A stretch of DNA of 63,927 nucleotides, filler included, from Hyphochytrium catenoides (Eukaryota > Protista > Hyphochytriomycota): assembly GCA_900088475.1 (NCBI GenBank). It is 10 parts of 10 records of this genome, joined end to end, with 100 filler letters (N's around TTAATTAATTAA, not from the genome) between each part and the next. Parts side by side here need not be neighbours in the genome. Positions count along the whole stretch, not along the records: positions 12,157 to 43,677 come from FLMG01004158.1; 9 more parts are not named here. One strand, 5' to 3'. The notes under the pieces are model-generated. The model saw nothing but the letters and a program-made list of their open reading frames with translations, was not told the origin of the DNA and made no database searches. Positions 13,747-27,854 of this stretch are shown one piece after another. A program made the position numbers and the translations under genes. Every line of letters begins with the position of its first letter. Positions within the stretch are counted from its first letter, which is position 1.

Positions 13747-14989
13747 TTACTCCCGGGTGAAGTCCTCCACAAGAACGATATTCATGAGCCACGCCATCTC
13801 TCCAGCGGGTTTTGCAGCGCCTCCTCCCCTGTGGAAAAAAAGGCTTACATTTGTCCCGGCCTTGAGTTCAACCATACCAGAGATGGTACATGTCTTCGGA
13901 ACCTTGTCATCACTGGTAGCGGGGACTGCTCGCTGAATGCAATAATCATCGCCGAACAGACAGAGCTGGTCATTCTTGCCCCATTCACCACCAGCCCAAG
14001 AGAAGCGTGCGTACACCCGGTAAAGGCCCTCGCGGACCACTTCCACGGCTCCGTTCTCGTCCACCAGAGCGTAATTGTCCCCATTACTGATGGCACCATT
14101 GTCTTCCCAGCAAACGCATTCGTCAACCGCCGTCACTTCAGTGGATCGAAGAGACAATGGAGCGTGCTTCTTAGCTCGGCGTTGTTGCTCGTCACGCTCA
14201 GCAAGGACGCTCTTCAGCTCTACGATCTCCTCATGCAGATCTCTCATCTGAGCCTGGAGGATGTCAATGGTCTCAATCGCTAGAGGGACCATGGGAAACT
14301 TATACGCGGGCATCCAATAGGGCAGGAGCTTGACTTTCAGAACAAGCGTGACAGAGCCATCAGTGCCGCTAACAAGATCAACGTCCGCGGTGTCTGAGGC
14401 CTCGGTCCTTGTAGCATTATGACTCTCATGGTCCCCTCCTCCGGTTTGAATGGGTCTTGAACCAGTGGACTTTTTGGCTTTCTCGCTGTTTGCTTGCAAG
14501 GCGTGCTGTCAACACAGAGCACAGAGAATTGTTAGGCAAATAATTGAGCTAGCTTCGCAGACTCAGAGGCAACTTATAAAAAATACTGCCTACTAGAATA
14601 TTACCTTCAGAGCAGTCAAAACTACAGAGCCCGGGATTTCAACTCCTTCCGGGGCAAAGTCTTTCACGTTCTCAATTTTACACTCCCTACATCACAACAT
14701 TAGAGATTTTGCAGCCAAACACCTGCACTGATGCAGGATAAGGGCCCAAGCCTTCTTCTTGGTGGCCTCACCTTTGCAGTTTTGTGCGCTTACATTCCAG
14801 CCAGATAGTGACTGCCATGGAGTCTCCAGCGCTCCGGACTTGTACTCTATAAACGTCATCTCGTGCCTGAGAAGCGAAGATAAGGCGCGAGAGCTCCAGC
14901 TCCACATTCTGGGGCTTCACAACCTCTGCGGTCGCCCGTTCTTTGTGGGAAGAAGAAGATGTCGCTATTGGGTCGATCGGTGTCGTCAT
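13747..14989 (-). CDS. Three-exon protein: globular head + coiled coil + C1q/TNF-like beta domain
   Basis: Exons join in frame: IWLECKRTKLQRECKIENVKDFAP...YKFPMVPLAIETIDILQAQMRDLHEEIVELK...VEVVREGLYRVYARF...MVELKAGTNVSL. The C-terminal pattern matches C1q/TNF strands. Confidence 0.7.
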
Positions 14990-16349
14990 CCTTGAAAGCC
15001 GTTTATTGTTCGAAAGATGAGAGGAGAGAGGATCGTGTCAAGACGTTCTCCAATAAATCTGCCTAGCAATTAGTTGGTTGACCCTTAGAGCTGAATGTAG
15101 CGTATGGCGGCGATAAAATACCTTCTCCTGCTGTGGCCAGCGACGTGCGTCCTTCTCTTCGCAATTAACAAAGCGGAGCTTGACAGCCTCTTAACGGAGC
15201 GTTAGAGGGAGAATAATGGTCTCAGTGTTGAGAGCGCTCTGTAGAATTGCAATCGCTGTCAAAGTAGGTCGGCACCACCAGTGGCAGAGGTGGCGGTGCG
15301 CTATCGTATCTTTGGCGGCAAGGGCGCCGAATCTTTGGAAATTCCCGCCAATGAAGTGCCTTATATTCGTATATTCTGCTGCACTACCTCTAAAACAATG
15401 AAGAAATTTCTTGTCCTGCTTCTGTAAGTACTATTCTAGCACTATTCTGGCGGGAAGATACACTTTCCGAAAACACAAGCAATGATTCTGTGGCGGGAAC
15501 GAAAATTGAAGGTTCATCAAACATCCACTGCCTGTAGCTCGTACAAGTAATGTTATTACAGCACCTCAGGTCTCACAGGTTCAGTGGGTTGAGGGAAAAG
15601 GGTTGGCTTTCTACGAAAAATGAGCTTTTTCCGCCTCCACCAAAGCAATTTCGCCATTCTCCAATTCATTCTCAACAAGCCTTGGAATTCAAGCTGGAAA
15701 ACGCTTTCCGGAAACTCTGTTCGTATTGGGACTGAAGCTTCAGAAATGCGGCACCTTTCTATATAGCACAGAAGCTCTGTACTAGCGATGCTTTCGTTAA
15801 AAGTTCTCAATCTCGACATTCCAGCCTGTTGGTCAAGCAGACCTTGAGGAGGCGTCTGCGCTAATACATGCCGAAGCTCAAAACTCCTTGGACACGCGGT
15901 TGCCTCTGACCCCTTGCAGCTCAAAGCTCTAAGTCTACATCATACTACTTCCCCTATCGGTGCGTGTGGCCGGGGGAGTTGAGTTGAATCTTGCCACAGT
16001 TTTGCAGATTTCTTGTTTCTTCTTTATGTCCAATGCCTTCCTAACTGCATTTACGCCCATGAAATGGCACAGGGATCTTCCCCGAAGCATTAGCTGTCAG
16101 TGCCCGCTCGTTCCGCTTAGGATTGACTATATACCTAGTTTCAGACCAAAGAACTATTCTCCTTAGCTTCTCTTCCTAGCCAGGTGTCGCTGCTTCAATT
16201 ATACTGTCTTTACTCGTCGCCGAGCAACATTATTTTGTGTGACTTATAATGGAGGAAAGGTGTGAATCTATTGCCACAGCGCTTAATAACAATAGGGTCT
16301 GGGCACTATAGCTCAGAGAGAAGAAAGCCGTAAGGAAGAAGGAACAGAG

Positions 16350-19300
16350 CTAATTTTCGTACTGAGACTCCGCACACGAGACCAAAGCAGCGTCTGAGAT
16401 ACTTTGCAGCTCCCTCATATCGGAGCTTTGAGAATGGTAGAGGTTGTTGGTTGGACGATAGTCTCCTCCTGAGTATATCGGTTGTTCTCTGTCCCTATTT
16501 TCAGGCTCGTGATCCGCTTGTCCCGCATAATAGGTCTCAGAGCCATTGTAATGAAGACTGTGTTCCTCTCCGCTTCGCTGGTGGTCCAGGTGGCTCTGGT
16601 CATAGTAATGTTCTTCTCCTATTCTTTCCCCTCCGTCTGCCAGTCTTCCCCTTTGAAGGATCTCAGCGCTATGTGGATCCACGTTGGAATCACCCACATC
16701 GCCATCTTCTGAAGCACGGTAATCCTCCGCTGCCTAAAAGCAGCCAAAAAGCGAAGGTTCAGCGCCAGGGTATAACAAGCACACATATAATACACAAAAG
16801 GGCAAGCACTTGTGAAGTTTCGCAGGGTAAGACTCAAATGAGGAAGCTGCGAAAGAAGCTGTATGTGGCCTAGACAGCATCTCAAGAGTAATGGGTAAAG
16901 CACAAGCATAGGTAAAGCTTGAGGACGTCTTCAGAGAGGAAACAGAGTTCTACTTACCCTTGTACGTATCTTCTTTTTGGTTGGAGAAGCCAACAGGATT
17001 TCTATCACAAGCTTCCTGTAAGCTGACTCGCCAGGGGCAAGAGCAACCTTGCGATACTTTCTCTGAGCTAATTCCGCGAGGGCGACCTGCAAATAAGAGA
17101 AGAATAGACCGTCGGTGGGTTGCAGCGATCTTAAGGCCATGGAAGGGAAGACATTGGCTGACAGCCGATGCCTTGCAACAACAACGAAGGGAAGGAGGAG
17201 ACGAACCTTGAAAGTGTCGATATTTAATCTACGTATCGCATTCGCGTTTGCGGCACCTGCCCCTCCTCCGCCACTTGGCGCCTTAGGAGTGGCTGCTCCT
17301 CCCTTAGCCTTCTTAGGTTGCTTATCCAACCCCAGCGCCTTCGCGAAGATGACATCCGCAACTCCTGGAGTGATCTTCCCTATCAGAAAAAGACGTCAAT
17401 GGTAAGTGTGCTCTAGCAGTTCGGTAGCTCAGGAATGTAACTAAATTTGACAGTGGAGAAGAGCAGGTGCAAGGAAGTACGATTCTTAAGGACAAGGGCA
17501 GCGGTGAACCTTAGTTACAAGAAGAGTGTTGGTGGCGCGGCTGTATACAGATTGGGCTGGTAGATGAAGCCGAATAGGTACCAAGGAAGACAGAACGTTA
17601 AGAAGCTAGCCGAGGAGGAGGCAAGGATAGTTGATATTGATAGAGAAAACAAGAAGAAAGGATGAGCAGTGAGAGGAATGCCTTTGACAGGGAATGAGTC
17701 ATCGGGTGGCAGTGTGAGGGTCAGCACCTGAAAGGAGGCTATATTCCCTGAGAAATTTGAAGAACTTCGCATTGTTGAGGTACTTCAGGTTGCTCCTATC
17801 TCCGAAGGAGCAGTAGTACTGGAAGAGTTGCTTCAGATCCTCTCCATAGTCTTCCCCAAGCTGAGTGTCCAGAGCCTGCACCGCAATGGTAAGAGGGCCG
17901 ACGCTGGAGGATTCTCCCGCCACGGGAGATAGAAAGCTGCCCGTAAGGTCCGAGGAGGATCCTGTAGCCTCTCTTGGGGAAGAAGGAACATCTGAGGATT
18001 CTTCTTCATGAGCACCTAGTATCATCACAGCCTTGTAAGTACCGTGGACTTAGAGGAAGCTAGACCAAGGGTAGTCTCTCTTTTCTTGCATATAGTCGCC
18101 CATTCTCATATCTTCTATAGTTCACTATGGTGGCTGAATATCTTGCTTCTTCGCTTACCTAGGAAAGTGTGTCTTCTCTTGGGATTCAGGGTGAGAGGGA
18201 ACACCTGGGAGCCGTACGCTTCATTTATGCCGCTCATAAGCATCACCACGCGGTCTGTCACCGTCAGGTACTGTTGAAGAGAAATGCACATTTAAAATTT
18301 TACATTCAACCGGAAGAGGTACTTCACAGGAACCGATGCGGAAACGGCCAAATAGAAAGAAAGAGCTCCCCTTACGTTGGACTTGTCCTTCCCATAAATG
18401 ATGTTGGCCGAAGCCACGATGGCGTTTACGAAGCCTTCGAAATCTATGACCTCGGCCTCTCCTAATACGTTGGCGCGGAAGAGATTCACCAAATTTCGCT
18501 GGCTAAGTCGCTTGGAGATGCCAGACTCCTCGACCAGGTTTGAGAATTGCTGAGGTCAAGCAATCTTGCGTCAGTAGAGGAGGTTGGCAACGGGAAACGA
18601 TTGAGAGAGAAAGAAACGAGAGACGAGAAAGCCTCTAGTAGGACAGAAAAGTGTAAAGAGAAATCTGGAGTCGTTTTTAGATGAGGCGTTGCAGAGGCCC
18701 GACAGAGGCGGCGAGATAAATGCAAGAGAAAGTAAAGAAAGATCAGAATGATGGAGCTATCTATTATAGTGACCAGCACAGCCCGGCACGTAGGCATCTC
18801 ACATGTAAGTCCATGTAGGTCTGAGCACTGGCCTGGAGAACGGCCACTGCAGCTCTGAGCAAACCTTCCTGCGCGTGTTCAAAGATCGGAGGACTTGGAG
18901 TCGTCTACAACGTAAAGGTATGATTAACAAGCCGTGGCCCCATTTGATATCAGGTTAATGTCCACAACTTAGCTCACAGCTCTCACTATTTGCTTGCTCC
19001 TCCTCTCGTTCTACTGCCAGCAGATAAAGCCCCATCGCTGCTTAGCTCCTAATGTCTAAGCACTAGACCCCCGGATAATGTTTGCTTTGTCCTGTCTACG
19101 CATCTCGTTCCATCTCTCTTCCTCAGCGGTCATGAGGGCTAATCTAGCAGTTTTAGCTCGTCTTTCATCTTACCTGGACGTTGCTGACTATCTCTCTCAT
19201 GCCATCTGCTAGAGCGGATCGGGGAAGGGAGTACGAAGAGAACAGGCTCCTCAACCCCACAGCCTGCCCACAGAGGAGATCGGCAAGATCCTGCAATTCC

Positions 19301-21524
19301 ACTGGAGGAAGGGCTGGGAGAAGGACAGAGAATCTCGACTTCAGCTGGAAGAGCTCATCTCCCGTCGCGCTCAAACCTAAAGGAAAGCGCTGCGAGCCGT
19401 CATGGACAGGAGACCAGCGGTCGTCTTGGATCTCGCTGCACATAAAACAGTATGGTACAGGAGAGTAATGGAAGTCTGAGGTGAGTGACAGCAGGTAAAC
19501 CGAGCCCGCCCTCATTGGCCATTTGGGGAAAAACAAAGGCAGACCATCGACCAAAGCGGATCAGGAGACCAGATGCCCCAACAAGGAGAGAGAAACAGAG
19601 GACTACAGGTAATCAGGGGGACAAAGGAGTCGGATAAAGAAACAACGGTCTAACCTGGTCTTTACGTCTATAGAGAGCTTCTTCCTCCTCTGGTTGACTG
19701 GAAGATGGTCATCAAAGGCGTTTGGCTTCGCCTTCATAAGTGAGGACAGAGTCGGCTTGGAGAACTCTGGACCCCGCTGATATGAAGAGCGGTGTCCTCG
19801 AGGGACAACGCCTGGATGATACTTCTCAAGCAGCTTTCTCTCATAATCTGGGTCTTCCAGCATCCTTCTCTCCACCTCTCTCCTCCTGCTCTCGTTCTCC
19901 TCCTCTCTTGAAGCTTGATCTTCATAACCCTTATCCAGTTCCTTATCGAGGTCTCCTTCTTCATGGAGCTGCTTGATCTCCTCTGTGGCGATGCTTTCAT
20001 GGCTTGCTAACAGGTCCTCCGACTCTCCATGAGGGTACTCTTCTGCCCCATGGGGCGCGTAATCTCCTTGCGTTGTCCCCGTATAGTTTTGTGTGTCTCT
20101 CTGAGTATAACCCCTTCTCTCTCTATCAATATAGTTCTGCTCCTGGTGATACTGCATCTGAGACTGGATCAGCTCTCGAGAGGACATCTCCATGCCCTTT
20201 TGGTCCTGATAAGTGCCCTACGCAAGAAAAGTCAATCGCACGAGCTCCAAGGTAGAGCACAAGATGCTAAGGGTTACACAATTGACTTGGCATGCCGAAG
20301 CTGCCCCAGATGCAGAAAGGACAAAGAAGGAACAACAATTCATACAGAGAGATCAGTGCTGTCAAACTTAGAAAAAAGAGCGAAGTGTGTGTGTCCGGCT
20401 ACCTCCTTCAGCTCCAGAACAATCATACGGAGCTCCTGCACCTCTTCCTCCAGCTTCTGATTTTTCTGTATGAGCTGCAGACGCTCTGTCTCCTGGAGCA
20501 TTAGCTTCTGGCCGAGCTTCTCATACTCCATGAGGATGTAGCGCAGTCGCTCTGTGTGTCTTGTCTGCTCCACCCTGTACCGCTCCTCTGATAAGGTAGC
20601 GAGCGAGAGAGAGTGAGACGGTTCAGGAAGAGTCGTTTAAGTTATCCTCTCCTCAGCTTCTGTCCCTTCCCGATTGCGCCTTCTGACCTAGCTGTTGTTC
20701 CTTTCTCCTTCAGTTACTCCTTGATGTTATTAGTCGGCCTGCTCTGGTTTGACCTAGGGCCGACCCCTCTCTCAGAAGATACCGCCGTCCTGCACACCTT
20801 CTGCTGCGTTCTATGTGACTATATACTATTCTATATCTCTCGTCTCTCTTTCTGTGTCGGTAAATGTCTTACCTCTCTGCTCCTGCGCGTCCCATGCTGC
20901 TGCATATTTCCAATGGAAGAAAGCTGTCATTATACTCCGTGACCGTCGCAGGACGAACTGTTTCATCAGAGGATCTTTCGGGTTACTAATCGGTGCCTCT
21001 CTTTCTCTCTCTCCCTCCCACTTTCCTGGCCCAAGCAGCCGGCTGCTGTCGGTCTCAGCCGACGATGACGATGCTCCTCTCACTGTACAGAAACACCGGA
21101 GACAGACGAGAGAGAGGTTGAGTCAGCCGTAGGCTCGAACATGTCTAGCAAAGCAGAGGGCAGACGTAAAAATAGGTGTACCTAGTCCAAGCTTCTCCTT
21201 TCCCTTAGAAAAGAGCGACCAAGTGCCCTTGAGCAGGTCGCTGGTGGGAGAGGCCAACGAAGGCGGAATGATCTCCTCAGATCCGATTTCTGCGTTGTCG
21301 TAGATCCCGTGGTCCGCTGACCCTGGTGAGAGAGAAAAAGATCGGTGCACTGCACCACCTCCTGTAGCTGGCACCTTAACGAGACGGGCATCTTCTCCAT
21401 CCTCCTTTTCCCTCATCCTATCCCCCTCGCGGGATATCCCTGAGGGGCTGCCCGACTGGAGTTCATCTGCCCGATAGGGATGGGTAGAGCCCGCTGGGGT
21501 TCCTCCTCGAAGATCCTCAGCCAT
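16350..21524 (-). CDS. Large multi-exon coiled-coil protein with p25-alpha/EF-hand-like repeats (last-exon frame uncertain)
   Basis: Coiled coil EQTRHTERLRYILMEYEKLGQKL; LKQLFQYYCSFGDRSNLKYLNNAKFFKFLRE; ITPGVADVIFAK...RRLNIDTFKVALAELAQRKY (TPPP/p25-alpha-like); IDFEGFVNAI. Confidence 0.65.
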
Positions 21525-22623
21525 TCTGTCCAGCCCTCGAGGGTCTTTGGACCTGAGATTGGCGTCAAAGGCTCGAGGCCTCTATTTATTGTGACACGCT
21601 CTTATACCTCTACACTCCATATTTCTCCCGCTCCAGGTCCACGCAATGATTCCTCGCCGGCTCTGGCTTTCCTAAAGTTCAGCTCTTCTTTGCTATGCAC
21701 TCCTCAAGGTGGCTGACGAAGTGTTAGGTCTACTTGCTCTGTCTAGCGTTCTCTAGGGCGTTTGGTGGCGTTAGAAGCAATCCGTGTTGCGGGCCTACAA
21801 AGGGTGCCTGGTGACGGGTTTGGCGCGTCAGTCATGCAGTTAGAAGAGGTTAACTCTTGCTTCCAAGGTTAGATCAGCCCTGATGATGAGCAGTAGCTCT
21901 CCTGCGCTCTGTCTGCTGACCTAACTTTCGCCCCGATCTCCCTCCGTCCGCGCTCTTCCTCCTGCTCTGTCTGTTCGCTTTTCTCTGCTCGTTGGAGGGT
22001 GGCTTCGCATCCCCATGGTGACCTGGTACTGCGAAGCGATGCACTGGGAGACAGAGCTAAACAATTAAGGAGGAGCAAAGAGGGAGAGAGAAGAGAGAGA
22101 GAAAGAGAACCACCATCCCATAAAACTGACGTTGGCTCTTTATTCAGAATAGCCGCCAGCTTATGGAATTACTTTAAAGAGCACCACAAACAGGAGACCG
22201 GTACCGGCTATCCTCAGGTAACGATCAGTCACACATACTACCACGAGGACGACGTCGTACCGCCATCAGGTATCTAGGCCGCTAACGGCCTTCCCAGCTG
22301 ATGTGTGTTGGCGAACAGCGCCTAACATCTACAACACCGATATCGGATCTCTGCAGATCGCGGATAATCGAGGATAATGGAGTTACAAGGCTTTCTTGAG
22401 CTCCATGAGCTCCATAAATAGGCGCCTCTCGTCCCGCGCGTCACCGCCATCTTCATCTGTAAGACGCTTTATTTGGGGTTGAAGTCCAACCAGAGTGCCT
22501 TCCTAGTCTTGACAGATGTCCGTTGCCGCTTGGAAGATGGCATAGACTGAGGAGATTGGACGGAGTAACTTGCCTTCCAGGACTAGCTTGATTTTCTCTG
22601 TCGGCTGGGAAGTGGCAGGAGCC

Positions 22624-23576
22624 ATGGCCGCCTCTTCATATTCGCTGGATGAGCTTCGGATGACCCTTGCTGCTGAGCGTGAGAAACAGCAGCATCTCAT
22701 AGAGTGAGTTAGCTGCTTTCCTCCCTCTTTTAACCTGCACAGTCGCACCATTAGGCTTAGACGGTCCTCTCTTTAGCGAACAGGAACAGCTTAAGATGCT
22801 TCGTGATGAGAAGCTCGGTACCCTCATGAGTTTAGAGGAGAACCTTATCAAGGTGGACAAAAGTTCGTCATTCTCTTTCCCAACTTTAACGTAAGCTGCT
22901 AACCGCGCCTTCCTGGCAGGCCAAGTGTCAGTGGCGAGAGCTTCAGCAGATCACTGACCGTCAAACAGCTCAGAAACGGCAGAGGACTCCCGCGACTGTG
23001 GGGTATCCCCTTCCAACCTCTGTAGACTCAGATGGTTCCGTAATCTTGGACACAGAGTCCGAGGATGAGCCTATTCCCGGTGTTCTTAGCACTGAGCAGT
23101 GGCAAAGGAGTGCGCTGTTCCCTGCGGCACAACGATCTGTGGAGGCGGCAGCGCAGAAAGATGGGTTTCCCTTCACAACCGGAGAGGCACTAAGAGTAGA
23201 GTCCAGACAGCCTGCAGAGTCTTACGCAAAGATCATAACGCCCAGACCCAAGACCGTTAAGAAGCCACCAGTGAAGAAAGTGAAGAAGACAGTGCCTGCG
23301 TCTAGCAATAGGAGCAAGATAGGAGTTGCTAAGACAATAGGGAAGGGTAAGGTCAAGACAAAGGTAAAGAAGACAGGCGGAGGAGCAAAGAGAGAGAGGG
23401 GAGAAAGCCCTGCGGCCAAGAGCTCTAAGGTCCAGGAGAAGAAGAAGAAAGACCGTCTTCCAAGCACGTCCTCCACCAAGAAACGGCCGCGGGCCAGCCC
23501 TTCAACTGCCAAGACGAAGAAAAGCACAAAGTCCACAAAGAGCCGGCTGCTGAAGAAACCAAGGACAAGAAAGTAG
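22624..23576 (+). CDS. Protein with short N-terminal coiled coil and long Lys/Ser/Thr-rich basic tail
   Basis: Three GT-AG exons join in frame: MAASSYSLDELRMTLAAEREKQQHLIDEQEQLKMLRDEKLG...AKCQWRELQQ...KTVKKPPVKKVKK...KKPRTRK*. Confidence 0.7.
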
Positions 23577-24197
23577 AAGAACTCCGACCGCTTCACGTCC
23601 GCCTGTTTGCTTCCCGCTTCTCTCGTCTACCTGGGTATGCCATGGCATATCTCTTCTCCCGTTCTCTTCTTCCCTTGTGTCTCTTTGTATTTCTCAGCCA
23701 GCAGGCTCTCATCCTGTAGCATAGACATCGCACAGCTTCTTATGGCCCCACATTATCACTAATAAGTGGGATAAACAGTTATTATCTAAGCAGCAAGAGA
23801 GTGCTGCAAGGGAGAAGATGGAGGCAAAGAAGTCCGTCACACGAGGAAGGCTTCGGCAAGCAAAGCTCCCGGTACTCGACACACATCTCTGAGCACCACG
23901 CCTTCTCCCTAGCTCTAGCTCTACAAGTAGAAGTCTACTGGGGACACACAGTCTGCAGTAGCGTAGAGCATATCATGGAGATGACTCTTGACGCCATTTC
24001 TTGTTTTCTCTACTACTCCAATCAGTCCATTTCTTCGGCCTTATACTCTCTCTGGGTCGTCTTTCTCTCTTTCTATCTCTCTTTCTCCACATCTACTATG
24101 GGCTTCTGCACGACCGTCTCTACTCTGCACTGAAACACCCTTTCTGTCTCTTCTCTTCAGCGTCCGCATCCTACTTTGGCCCTTTCTCATACTGTTT

Positions 24198-27144
24198 TTA
24201 TTGCCCAGCCATGGCTGTGCCTAGCGTAGGATCGGAGAGAGGGGAAGTATACACCGCACGAGGATCCGCCGGCAGGAACTGCAAAACAGAAACATTATAG
24301 CAGAAGAGCAGGGACGTCGTGTGCACTCTTAGTAACGCGGGTGATTGAGAGGCAACGGCAAGAGTGAGAAATGGAGCAAGAGAATGAAAGACACGGCAGA
24401 ATCAAAGCCATGTACGCATGTCTCCCTAGACGGTAGATTAGGGGCTCCGTCCACAGAGTTATAGAGAAGTCTACGGGATGGGGGAAGAGATTACGCAAGA
24501 GACTTTCCGCACCTTCTCTATCGCGCGTCCGACATAGGCACGATTTTTAGCCTCTACATTGTCTGGCTGAGTAAAATCTTCCACTTCTACCTCTTCAGGA
24601 GGAGGCGGGGCCGGTGGATAGTACTGAGGGCCAGGGGCGGTGTAGGTTCCATAGTTGTACGCAGCTGGATAGGTCTGAGGATTGACTGTCAGATAGCCGC
24701 TCAGATGGTAGAAAGAAAAAGAAAGAAAGGAGTGAGAGGACGGGTAGGGGAGAGTGAAGCGGAGGCAGGGGAGAGAGGAGGAGGGGCCGGGTAAAAGAAA
24801 GAGAATGAGGGAGGAAAAGGGAGAGAAGGAGAGAGAGAGAGAGCTCAAAAGTGTAGACAAAAAGCGAGAGGGTGACAGACAGTATCTACAAACCCGAACA
24901 AGAGCAGGAAGTCTTAGAAGTGCAAGAGCGAGGCACGCACACGCACGCACATTGGGCACACCGAGAACTCATAGTGGGCAAAACAGAGTCAAGCTATGAG
25001 GGGTAGCAGAGAGTTGGGGAGGGAGAAGAGACCAGGTCGGTCGAAAGAGAGAGAAGGAGCGGAGGAAGAGATTATACGAGCTAGCTACTATGCCAGACTA
25101 CATCAAGCGACCTACCGCGTAGACCGCTGGCTGTTGTTGATAGGCCTCGTACCCGCCATAGTACTGCCCATAATAGCCGTACGCCGCAGGAGCATAAGAC
25201 GGGTATCCATACGCAGCAGCCGCTGTGGCTCCTCCTGCTGCCGCTGCAGCTCCTGTGGCTCCCGGCGCCCGGCCCCATCCAAGCCGGACCTTCGTAGGGC
25301 CAAGCTGCGTGCCATTCAACGTTTGAATGACCGTTAGGGCCTGGTAGTGGTTCGCAAATTGGACAAATGCACATCCTCGGCCGGGTGGGATCTTGACGCT
25401 GAGAACCTCTCCCACTGAGGAGAAGTGTTTCTTCACCTCGTCCTCGGTCACCTGAGCAGAGTCTATACCTCCAACGAAGACAGTGGTGTTGGAGGCGTCT
25501 TCAGATGCGTTCAGCGGAGGAGCGAGAGAGAGAGACTCGGCAGGATTGAACGAGGAGGGTGCGTTTCTACGGGTCGTGGCGGCACTAACCCTCATAGGTC
25601 TGCTGGTGCAATACACTCCATTCATCGTGGCAATGGCCTGGAGGTGACAGCAGACAGGGGAGAGTAAACCATGAGAAAGAGAGTGAGAGAGAGAGAGAGA
25701 GAGCGCGAGAGAGAGAGAGAGAATAGGAGAGAGAAAGAGAGAGAAAGCAGAGATTCAGAAGTATAAGAGAAGTAGCTGCAGAGGCCATATGTACTGCCTC
25801 TAAGGCACTCCGCCCCAAGACCTCTCTACCTGCTCAGATTCCTCTTTCGATGCAAAACGAACAAAGCCAAAGCCCTTTGAGGTCCCTGATACCTGATCCA
25901 TGATGACCTGAAAAGGAGAAGAAGAAGGAGAAGGAGAGAGCTCATTAGTACGCTTCAAAAAAAGGCCCGCTTCAAAAGAAGAGAGACTCCCCATAACGTA
26001 GCTAAGCCCGTGCCCACCAAAGGAAGACTTCTCTCTCTCTCTTTCCGTCTTTTTCTTTTTCTTTCTCTCTTTGTATCTGAGCCCCCTCACCTTAGCGCCC
26101 CTGACAGTGGTGAATCTGGAGGCGAAGGTGGTGTACAGGATCGCGTCCGTGACATCTGAGGACAGATCCCCGACAAAGACGGAGTATTCCTCCTGCTCCA
26201 CCCGCCGCCCACCAGCACCCCAGTTCAGACGGAAACGGAAGTTCGTGCCCGCTGATGGAGAGAGAAGAAGAGAGAGAGAGAGACAGCGGGGATTCAAGGA
26301 GAGAGAAAGGAGCGCGAAGAAGAAGACTGAGTTAAGGACTTCCACAAGCAAGACAGAAGGGTGTTATGTATGGAGAACCGACAGAGTCTGAGGCGAGGAA
26401 CATATTCGGGTTAAGGCGAGCGAGCGAGCGAGAAAGAGAGAGATAGCGGGAGACAAGAGGGGTGACTTAGGGGAGAGAGAGAACCACGTGAAAGGGAAAA
26501 GTAAGAAGAGTAAGGAGAAAGGCGGCAACAAAGGACGAAGCTCAAAGAAACGGTCTCAAGGAGCAGATCCTTCTCCACCCGAAAACAGGTGGGAGGGAAA
26601 GAGAGAGCGAGAGAGAGAGAGAGAGACCAGACAGAGAGAGAGAGAGAGAGAGAGAAAGAGAGGGACAAAGAGAAAGAGAGGCTATTGGCAGTACAGCCAG
26701 CAAGGAACGAAGAGAGAAAGAACCGCCTCATGAGTTCCGCGAAGGGTGGAAGAGAGAGAACGGACACTGCGGAACGCTGCGGCGGTCACGTACGAACGAT
26801 TTGTCCATTCAAAGCATCGAGGACCCGCTGCGCCGCCGCCTTACTGCTGAACTCTAGGAATCCGTAGCCCTGGATGAAGCCCGTCACCTTGTCGCGGATC
26901 AGCTTGATCGTAGGCGTCTCTCCTGAAAAGAGAGAGAAAGTGTGTGCGTGAGAGAGAAAGAGACAAAGAGAGTGAAGGGGGAGAGAGAGAGAGAAAGAGA
27001 GAGAGAGAGGAGAGAAGAAGAGAGAGAAGGAGGGAGGCGCTGACCATAGGGCGAGACCATGGAGCCGATGAAAGCCTCATCCCAGGTGGGCTGCACATCT
27101 CCAATCCAGAGCGTCCGGCACTCCGCCTCACCATAAGCCTCCAT
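24198..27144 (-). CDS. Three-RRM RNA-binding protein, RBP45/RBP47/Nam8/TRNAU1AP family
   Basis: RTLWIGDVQPTWDE, IRDKVTG..GYGFLEF, FRLNWGAG, YSVFVGDLSSDVTD, SKGFGFVRF, NTTVFVGGI, GRGCAFVQF, VRLGWGR; Tyr/Pro-rich tail with DNVEAKNRAY. Confidence 0.92.
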
Positions 27145-27823
27145 CTCTTGGTTAAAGAGGAGAGAGGGCAGAGAGAGAGAGAGAGAGAGAGAAGGAGAGA
27201 AGGAGAGAGAGAGAGAAAGAGAGAAAGAGAGAAAGAGAGAAAGAGAGATTGAGAGAGAGATTGAGAGAGAGATGAAAGAGAGAGAGAGAGAGAGAGAGAG
27301 AAGGGGAGACGCCTTAGAGCAACAGAGGTGATGTCCTGGAGATAGAGAAGGATGATGGCAGTGGGGCCACACTCTGCCTTTACTGAAGTCCGGGGAGAAA
27401 GAAGCTTCAACTGTGGACACTGGGCGGGGAGGAGAGAGGAGAGAGGAGAGAGAGGATGCGACACCGTTCTTGACACCTCAGAGCACCGAAAAAGCAACAA
27501 GCTTCACAGCCAACTTGGGCGGGAACGGGGACCGACAGAGAGAGAGAGAGGGGAAGAGAGAGGGGAAGAGGAGAGGGAGAGGGAGGGAGAGAAAGAGACA
27601 GAGAAAGAGAGAGAGAGGAAGAGAGTATGTAAGGTTGAAGACAGGGTCAGAGGAGGGCCTAGCCGTTAGCCGCTGCCGTGAGTTGTTGTACAGGACATAT
27701 CTCGGCATCCTCTGGCTCTTCATCACAACCCAGAGTACATTGTTCTACGCCTGCATGACGATATGTCTTCCGCTTCTGTCTTGCAGGCCGACATGTACTT
27801 TTTCTCCATTGTCCCTCTCTTCT

Positions 27824-27854
<31 letters not shown>

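Noticed and set aside
22380-22830. Minus-strand small gene with a GC-AG intron
   Set aside because: Overlaps the better-supported plus-strand gene with canonical in-frame GT-AG junctions.
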